From contig VBPL01000016.1 of assembly GCA_005877205.1 (NCBI GenBank), forward strand, positions 31,643 through 42,468: a DNA stretch of 10,826 nucleotides. The letters are read 5' to 3'. Every line of letters begins with the position of its first letter. Within the stretch, counting starts at the first letter, position 1. This stretch comes from Nitrososphaerota archaeon. GTDB lineage: Archaea; Thermoproteota; Nitrososphaeria; Nitrososphaerales; Nitrosopumilaceae. The translations under genes were made by a program, and so were the position numbers. A model generated the notes under the pieces. That model was not told the DNA's origin. It saw only the letters and a program-made list of their open reading frames with translations, and searched no databases. Below are positions 6,066 to 10,826 of this stretch, piece after piece.

Positions 6066-6087
6066 CTAAATCGAACAAGTTTTTATT

Positions 6088-6480
6088 ATGATGCATAAGG
6101 TGATCGCTGATCTCCCAAAGCTCAAGACCATAGAACTGGAATTAGACGATAAAGTTGCACCAAAAACAGTGCGATCGTTTCTTGATTGTCTCCCTCTTAT
6201 TGTGGGCATAAATGTATGGGGTGAAGAGTTATACACGGACAAAACTCCGATCGAAGTCAATCCAGAAAATTCAAAATCGCTAGTTGAATTGATGGATGTT
6301 GCGTACTGGCCACAAGGCAAGGCTATCTGTCTGTTTTTTGGACCGACCCCTATGGGAAAAAAGGGAGAGATAAGACCCTACTCCCCGGTAAATGTCATAG
6401 GCAAAATGAGAGAAACGGACAAGACGTTCTTAAAAAATGTGAAGAATGGATTGAAGGTGACTTTTAGACTCCCCAAGTAA
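6088..6480 (+). CDS. Cyclophilin-like-fold protein (PF04126/TM1367-like family), 130 aa
   Basis: DVAYWPQGKAICLFFGPTP...PVNVIGKM matches the (D/G).AYW.PG.A.CIFFG...NVIGK signature I associate with this family. Confidence 0.6.
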   Translation: MMHKVIADLPKLKTIELELDDKVAPKTVRSFLDCLPLIVGINVWGEELYTDKTPIEVNPENSKSLVELMDVAYWPQGKAICLFFGPTPMGKKGEIRPYSPVNVIGKMRETDKTFLKNVKNGLKVTFRLPK

Positions 6481-6508
6481 AGTCTTTTAGGCAACCTACA
6501 CGTACTGT

Positions 6509-6613
6509 TTGCCGTTGTGGGGCCCCAAGACTGAATTAAGATGTAAGCAATGCAATGCAACGTTTGTAGATAAGGAACATCTTGAGAGACACAAAAAAAA
6601 CATACACAAGTGA
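6509..6613 (+). CDS. Candidate micro-ORF (34 aa from TTG) encoding a single classical C2H2 zinc finger; not in the ORF track
   Basis: Frame 2 is open from 6491 to 6610, with TGA at 6611-6613. It reads ..CLPLWGPKTELRCKQCNATFVDKEHLERHKKNIHK. That is C-x2-C-x12-H-x4-H with Phe and Leu at the canonical core positions. There is no in-frame ATG; TTG codons lie at 6509 and 6515. Confidence 0.35.
   Translation: MPLWGPKTELRCKQCNATFVDKEHLERHKKNIHK
6593..6600 (-). terminator. Oligo-T (T8 on the minus strand) downstream of the cupredoxin-JAMM operon
   Basis: The A8 at 6593-6600 on the plus strand is a T8 on the minus strand, starting 15 nt after the JAMM stop (6615-6617). The same bases encode the KKN of the candidate zinc finger. 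Confidence 0.45.
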
Positions 6614-6614
6614 T

Positions 6615-7028
6615 CTATAATATCGTCACAACGATGGGAATAATTCCAGACTCAAAGATATAGGCCTTGAATTGATTCTCAGCAATTGAAAAGATAATCC
6701 ATGGATGTGGCTGATTTAGTTCCATGTATTTCTCATCCATTGGAGATGGATATGCAGCTGAGTCTGGATGCGAATGGAAAATTCCAAGTTCAAGTTCTCT
6801 TTTTTCGGCTTCTTTATATGCCACAATGAGATCTTCTGGAGATATTGAAAACTCAACTGAAGAATTTTTTATATTTTTTGTAAGGAAAGCATCCTTTATA
6901 ACAAAGTTTTCGTTTTCAATTTTACCAAACAAAATTGCGCATGATTCATTCGGTACGCAGTCCCGTGCATGTCTAGTGAGAATATCTATATGATTTTTTG
7001 AAAGAACTAATTTTTTTTGTAATGTCAT
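6615..7028 (-). CDS. JAMM/MPN+ zinc metalloprotease (archaeal desampylase/deubiquitinase-like), 137 aa from the first ATG
   Basis: Glu in VPNESCAILFG, then HSHPDSAAYPSPMD (6735-6776), give E...HxH-x7-S-x2-D. The ORF track's 146-aa version starts at GTG 7055, inside the upstream gene. The first ATG (7026-7028) overlaps that gene's TGA as ATGA. Confidence 0.85.
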   Translation of the reverse strand: MTLQKKLVLSKNHIDILTRHARDCVPNESCAILFGKIENENFVIKDAFLTKNIKNSSVEFSISPEDLIVAYKEAEKRELELGIFHSHPDSAAYPSPMDEKYMELNQPHPWIIFSIAENQFKAYIFESGIIPIVVTIL

Positions 7029-8146
7029 CCTACTGTTACTTTTCCAGTCATCCACGGATGAACCTGACAGTAATAATCAAATGAACCTGCAGAATCAAAT
7101 CTGTGCTCAAAGGTCTTACTCGACTTTATCATACCACTATCAAAAATTGTCCCAGTTTGGTTGTCTGTAGATTTTCCACTTGTAACTGTGTGAGAAGCGC
7201 TGTCATCATTTGTCCAAACTACCGTTGTGCCAATCTTAACATCTATTTCTTGTGAGTCGAAATATTTCTGTCCCTCTTTTTGGGTTGATGCGCCACTCGG
7301 AATTGTAACATTTGCAATTACTGGTTTTGTTGCTTCCGTTATCACTATTTTACCCGTCATAAAAGGATGAACAGTACAGAGATAGTCATATTCCTTAGCA
7401 TCAAGTTTTGATGTATCTAGTCTGTAGCTCTTACCTGCTGAAATGATATTTGAATCAAAGATAGAGCCATCAGGTGCACTTGTTACTGTATGGGGCACTT
7501 TATCGTTGTTAGTCCATTCTATTATGTCCCCTTTTGGAACAGAAACAGTTGCTGGATTGAAGCTGGGGTTACCTTGAACTGACGCATTAAGGGGAATCTC
7601 AACTGGGATTATAGGTGCGGTAGGAATCGGTAGAGCTACAGGTTTTGCAGTAGTTACATTTTGAGGATGTAAAGAGAACTCAGCTCCTGGTCCGATAAAA
7701 CCTAATGCCGTGTAAGAACCAATGCCTACGGCCATGGCTGCTAAGAATATTATTGTAATAGGCTTGAAGTAATGTGGCATCTTCATAGAAGCAAATGCGA
7801 TCACAATAGAGGGTACAAGTATGACAAGCAAAGCTCCAACAAATCGTGGTAATGATGTTACGACAGAATTGAGACTTAATGCATATGCTCCAACCGAGCC
7901 CGCAATTCCAAAAATAACAAGAGTTGTAGCTTTTGCTCTTCCACTTGTAGAAACTCCACCGTTTAGGATGCCAGCTGCCAAAAATACCAGTCCTACAAAC
8001 ATAGTCAAACCAGAAAGTGCTTGCATGCCTGTCAGGAATGTGTTTGCAATGCCCATGTAAGATAAAATCACGCCTGCAAGACCGATAGCCGTAAGGCCCA
8101 TTCCTGGCATCATAAGGTCCCAGTCACTCATTTGTGGTAGTTCCAT
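7025..8146 (-). CDS. Membrane-anchored tandem blue-copper protein: about 5 TM helices, a Pro-rich linker and two cupredoxin (plastocyanin/amicyanin-like) domains, 373 aa
   Basis: There are five hydrophobic segments in aa 13-150 and a linker KPVALPIPTAPIIPVEIP. The type-1 Cu ligand sets are PHTVTS...YLCTVHPFM (7358-7378) and SHTVTS...YYCQVHPWM (7049-7069). The start could alternatively be M6 (ATG 8129-8131). Confidence 0.85.
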   Translation of the reverse strand: MELPQMSDWDLMMPGMGLTAIGLAGVILSYMGIANTFLTGMQALSGLTMFVGLVFLAAGILNGGVSTSGRAKATTLVIFGIAGSVGAYALSLNSVVTSLPRFVGALLVILVPSIVIAFASMKMPHYFKPITIIFLAAMAVGIGSYTALGFIGPGAEFSLHPQNVTTAKPVALPIPTAPIIPVEIPLNASVQGNPSFNPATVSVPKGDIIEWTNNDKVPHTVTSAPDGSIFDSNIISAGKSYRLDTSKLDAKEYDYLCTVHPFMTGKIVITEATKPVIANVTIPSGASTQKEGQKYFDSQEIDVKIGTTVVWTNDDSASHTVTSGKSTDNQTGTIFDSGMIKSSKTFEHRFDSAGSFDYYCQVHPWMTGKVTVG

Positions 8147-8222
8147 GAAGTGAGATACTTAATTCTTTTGAACTCAGTTAGCAAACTTCGAAGAAATTAA
8201 ATTCCCACTTGGTCCGCTAAGA

Positions 8223-9104
8223 ATGATGGGATTAAAAGAAGTATTTGAAATATCTAAACCAAGAATCATAGTTTTACTTGTTATTACAGCAATAACATCG
8301 ATGTATGCAGCAAGCAAACTCATTGGACCTACTCTGAGTTACACTAGTTTTCTGCATATTATCATTGCAGGTTCACTTGCATCTGCGGGCTCTAGTGCTT
8401 TGAATCACTACTATGATAGAGACATAGATCCTTTGATGAAAAGAACGAGTACAAGGCCAATTCCTTCTGGGAGAATGTCTGCAAAAAACGTGCTACTGTA
8501 TGGTCTCATAGTGAGCGGTATTTCTGTAATTTATGCATGGTTCACACTAAATCCAATTTCTACCCTTTTCATTGCTTTAGGAATATTCTTCTATGTAATA
8601 ATCTACACCGCTTGGCTTAAGCGCAGCAATTCATCGAATATTGTGATAGGAGGTTTTGCGGGAAGCTGCGCATCTATGGCAGGTTGGTCTGCAGCTACTG
8701 GATCAATGGATATACTTGGCGCTCTTGTAGGAATTTTGGTCTTTGTCTGGACTCCGTCTCACTTCTGGTGTCTTGCAATGAAGATAAGAGACGATTATGC
8801 AGAAGCTAGAGTTCCTATGTTGCCAGTACTAATTGGTATGCAAAAAACTTCAAAGTATATTCTAGTTAACACTGCAATATTGTTCCCATATTCTTTAGCA
8901 CTTGTAGCATTCGGTTTGGGTTATGTTTATCTTGTAATAGCTGCAGTCTCAGGGGGTTTGATGTTATTGTATCATTACAAGCTTACAAAAAACCCAACAC
9001 CAGCCTTTGCATGGAAGGCATACAAGGTCACTGCTCCTTATCTTACAATAATATTCGTAGGAATTGCACTAGACGCCGCTTTCCACTTTCCTGTTATAAA
9101 ATAA
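8223..9104 (+). CDS. ctaB: Protoheme IX farnesyltransferase (heme O synthase), UbiA prenyltransferase family, 293 aa
   Basis: NHYYDRDIDPLMKRTSTRPIPSG (NxxxDxxxD motif). The second motif is RDDYAEARVPMLPV. The protein is polytopic and hydrophobic. Confidence 0.9.
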   Translation: MMGLKEVFEISKPRIIVLLVITAITSMYAASKLIGPTLSYTSFLHIIIAGSLASAGSSALNHYYDRDIDPLMKRTSTRPIPSGRMSAKNVLLYGLIVSGISVIYAWFTLNPISTLFIALGIFFYVIIYTAWLKRSNSSNIVIGGFAGSCASMAGWSAATGSMDILGALVGILVFVWTPSHFWCLAMKIRDDYAEARVPMLPVLIGMQKTSKYILVNTAILFPYSLALVAFGLGYVYLVIAAVSGGLMLLYHYKLTKNPTPAFAWKAYKVTAPYLTIIFVGIALDAAFHFPVIK

Positions 9105-9105
9105 A

Positions 9106-9420
9106 TTATTCTTGAATATCTTGTTCTTGTTCGACTCCGGGGAATCCTGCTTCATACTCTCTTTCTAGACTTTCTCTGTTTTGTTTTTCTATCTCGTCCC
9201 CTTCTTTCTCTTTTTCTGCTATCTCTATTCTACGCTCATCCTTTGTTAACCAACTTACTTTGATAAGACCGTAAATTTCAAGATTGAGCAATGTCTTGTT
9301 AAACTCATCTTCGGGAATAGACACGCCAGCTTTGATAAGAGTCTTAAATAGATCTGAGTCAGTCAAAGAGCCAGCGTTTTTTATCGTTTCATATACTAAA
9401 TTCCTAAGTGGCATTGTCAT
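9106..9420 (-). CDS. Hypothetical 104-aa protein with a compact N-terminal domain and a strongly acidic Glu-rich tail; cotranscribed with cdc48
   Basis: Its ATG (9418-9420) is 2 nt downstream of the Cdc48 TAG (9423-9425). 15 of the last 40 residues are Asp or Glu. No family recognised. Confidence 0.55.
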   Translation of the reverse strand: MTMPLRNLVYETIKNAGSLTDSDLFKTLIKAGVSIPEDEFNKTLLNLEIYGLIKVSWLTKDERRIEIAEKEKEGDEIEKQNRESLEREYEAGFPGVEQEQDIQE

Positions 9421-9422
9421 AT

Positions 9423-10826
9423 CTAACCATAAAATGCTTTGTCGATTGGCTTTGGTAATGCGTAGGATATGTTCTCTTTGATGGAAGTGTACCAGTCTTC
9501 AACATTCTTTGTTATTGAAGGTTTTATAACTTTCAAGGCGGCGGAAAAATCTGCACTGTTAATTTTGGGTGCATCGTTTCGCATGGCATGTACTGCTGCT
9601 TCTCTACACACCGCAACCAGGTCTGCACCAGTGTATCCTTTTGTTGCTAACGCAATTTCCTTCAAGTCAACATCTGAAAGTGGCATCTGTTTTGTTAGGA
9701 TCTTTATGATCTCAAATCTTCCTTTTTCGTCGGGTGGAGGAATGAAAAGTATCAAATCCAATCTGCCTGGCCTGATTAATGATGGGTCAATCAAATCAGG
9801 TCTGTTTGAAATTCCCGCCACGATCACCCTTGAGGCTCCTCCATCCTCCATTTCGGTAAGTAATTGACTGAGTAATCTTTCGCCCACTCCGCCATCCTCT
9901 ATCGATTTTGCTCTTGCCAACGAATCTAGTTCATCAAATATTATTATACAAGGTGATGATGCCTTCGCCTTTCTGAAAATTTCTCTAATTGCCTTTTCAG
10001 ATTCACCAACCCATTTTGATAAAATTTCAGGCCCTCTGACGAAAATCATGTTCGCGCCACTCTCTGTCGCTAGCGCTCTCGCTAGTAACGTCTTTCCACA
10101 TCCTGGCGGTCCATAAAGTAACGCACCCTTCGGGGGCTTGATTCCCATCTTCTGAAACTTGGTTGGTTCCTTTACGGCCATTATCAAATTATCATTTAGA
10201 GTTCTTTTTGCATCGTCTAATCCACCGACATCTTTCCACCATACCTTTGGGCTCTCAACATAGAATTCTCTCATCGCAGTTGGAACTATTTCATGCATTG
10301 CTTCGTAAAAGTCTGGGAGTCGAATCCGCATAGTTTGCAAAACTTCGGATGAGATTTTTTCAGTCTCCATCTCTATTTCTGGTAGGTAATTTCTAAGAGC
10401 TTTCATCGCTGCTTCTCTACAAAGAGACTTGATATCTGCACCAGTGTATCCATGAAGTTCTGCTGCAAGTGTTTTTAGTTCCACATTCTCAAGCGGCATG
10501 CCTCTTGTATGTATCTGGAGAATCTCCAATCTTCCATCTACGTTAGGTACTGAAATTTCAATTTCTCTGTCAAATCTTCCAGGTCGTCTTAATGCTGGGT
10601 CAACACTTTCTGGTCTGTTTGTAGCACCTAAAACTATGACATTTCCTCTTTCGGTAAGACCATCCATCAATGCTAAAAGCTGCGCTACTACTCTTTTTTC
10701 TACATCTCCATAGGCTTCTTCTCTTTTTGGAGCAATGGCATCTATCTCATCGATGAATATGACACTTGGCGCATTCTCTTTTGCTTCCTTGAATATATCG
10801 CGTAGTCTTGCTTCCGTTTCTCCGTA
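9423..10826 (-). CDS. cdc48: Cdc48/VCP/p97-type double-ring AAA+ ATPase; N-domain and the start of D1 lie outside the window
   Basis: The frame stays open beyond the track's Met 10670 to the window edge: [35 protein letters not shown] is the D1 Walker B region. D2 Walker A GPPGCGKT lies at 10089-10112 and D2 Walker B is [11 protein letters not shown]-like segments [18 protein letters not shown] and [18 protein letters not shown] are present. The C-terminus is ...KAFYG. Confidence 0.93.
   Translation of the reverse strand, partial: YGETEARLRDIFKEAKENAPSVIFIDEIDAIAPKREEAYGDVEKRVVAQLLALMDGLTERGNVIVLGATNRPESVDPALRRPGRFDREIEISVPNVDGRLEILQIHTRGMPLENVELKTLAAELHGYTGADIKSLCREAAMKALRNYLPEIEMETEKISSEVLQTMRIRLPDFYEAMHEIVPTAMREFYVESPKVWWKDVGGLDDAKRTLNDNLIMAVKEPTKFQKMGIKPPKGALLYGPPGCGKTLLARALATESGANMIFVRGPEILSKWVGESEKAIREIFRKAKASSPCIIIFDELDSLARAKSIEDGGVGERLLSQLLTEMEDGGASRVIVAGISNRPDLIDPSLIRPGRLDLILFIPPPDEKGRFEIIKILTKQMPLSDVDLKEIALATKGYTGADLVAVCREAAVHAMRNDAPKINSADFSAALKVIKPSITKNVEDWYTSIKENISYALPKPIDKAFYG

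Noticed and set aside
5798-6560. Antisense ORFs 5798-6091 (+), 6066-6320 (-) and 6378-6560 (-)
   Set aside because: Each is antisense to a gene with family-level motifs (DUF2024, cyclophilin-like). 6378-6560 also covers the gap, where the plus-strand C2H2 reading is far more protein-like.
6724-6993. 89-aa plus-strand ORF inside the JAMM gene
   Set aside because: It is antisense to the complete JAMM motif set and has a Ser/Phe-rich nonsense-like composition.
7029-7055. GTG start at 7055 for the JAMM protein (146-aa version in the ORF track)
   Set aside because: This start would overlap the cupredoxin CDS by 31 nt. The first ATG at 7026-7028 forms a canonical ATGA stop/start overlap and leaves the whole JAMM fold intact.
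7821-8060. 79-aa plus-strand ORF inside the cupredoxin membrane domain
   Set aside because: It is antisense to a coherent 5-TM region and has no motifs.
9284-10713. Plus-strand ORFs 9284-9481, 9469-9867 and 10498-10713
   Set aside because: They are antisense to the Cdc48 and 104-aa genes, and Cdc48 motifs fully account for the minus-strand frame.
1-10826. Mobile elements, CRISPR arrays, tRNA/rRNA genes, integrase or toxin-antitoxin-like pairs
   Set aside because: I found no long terminal inverted repeats, repeat-spacer periodicity, transposase or integrase motifs, or cloverleaf-capable GC-rich segments on either strand. The window reads as core chromosome, not an island.

Overview
The window looks like a compact, AT-rich archaeal chromosome segment, most plausibly from an ammonia-oxidising thaumarchaeon (Nitrosopumilales-like). 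That placement is an inference from gene content: a DUF359-type dephospho-CoA kinase fragment, Cdc48, a JAMM protease, a membrane-anchored tandem blue-copper protein, heme O synthase, and TATA-like boxes about 27 nt upstream of start codons. No CRISPR array, transposase, tRNA or rRNA was found.

Gene order:
- partial DUF359 CDS (+)
- response regulator / PAS histidine kinase / response regulator, with two paralogous receiver-only regulators flanking one kinase (+)
- an unannotated candidate box C/D sRNA in the next spacer (+)
- a small HExxH (SprT/DUF45-like) protein (+)
- a K+-independent-type H+-pyrophosphatase (+)
- small Cys/His-motif genes: a 65-aa CGC..CPEH protein (-), DUF2024 (-), a cyclophilin-like-fold protein (+), and a candidate 34-aa C2H2 zinc-finger micro-ORF missing from the ORF track (+)
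- a JAMM/MPN+ metalloprotease whose ATG overlaps the stop of a 5-TM tandem-cupredoxin gene (ATGA) (-)
- heme O synthase, divergent from the cupredoxin gene (+)
- a small acidic protein 2 nt downstream of a Cdc48/VCP AAA+ ATPase that ends in an HbYX-type tail (-, 5' end outside the window)

Leads most worth following:
- the C/D sRNA candidate
- the C2H2 micro-ORF
- the RR-HK-RR cassette, whose flanks share sequence motifs
- the cupredoxin-JAMM translational coupling
- the Cdc48 plus acidic-partner pair
- three convergent gene pairs whose stop codons are exactly 1 nt apart

All homology calls come from motif recognition by eye; no database search was run.
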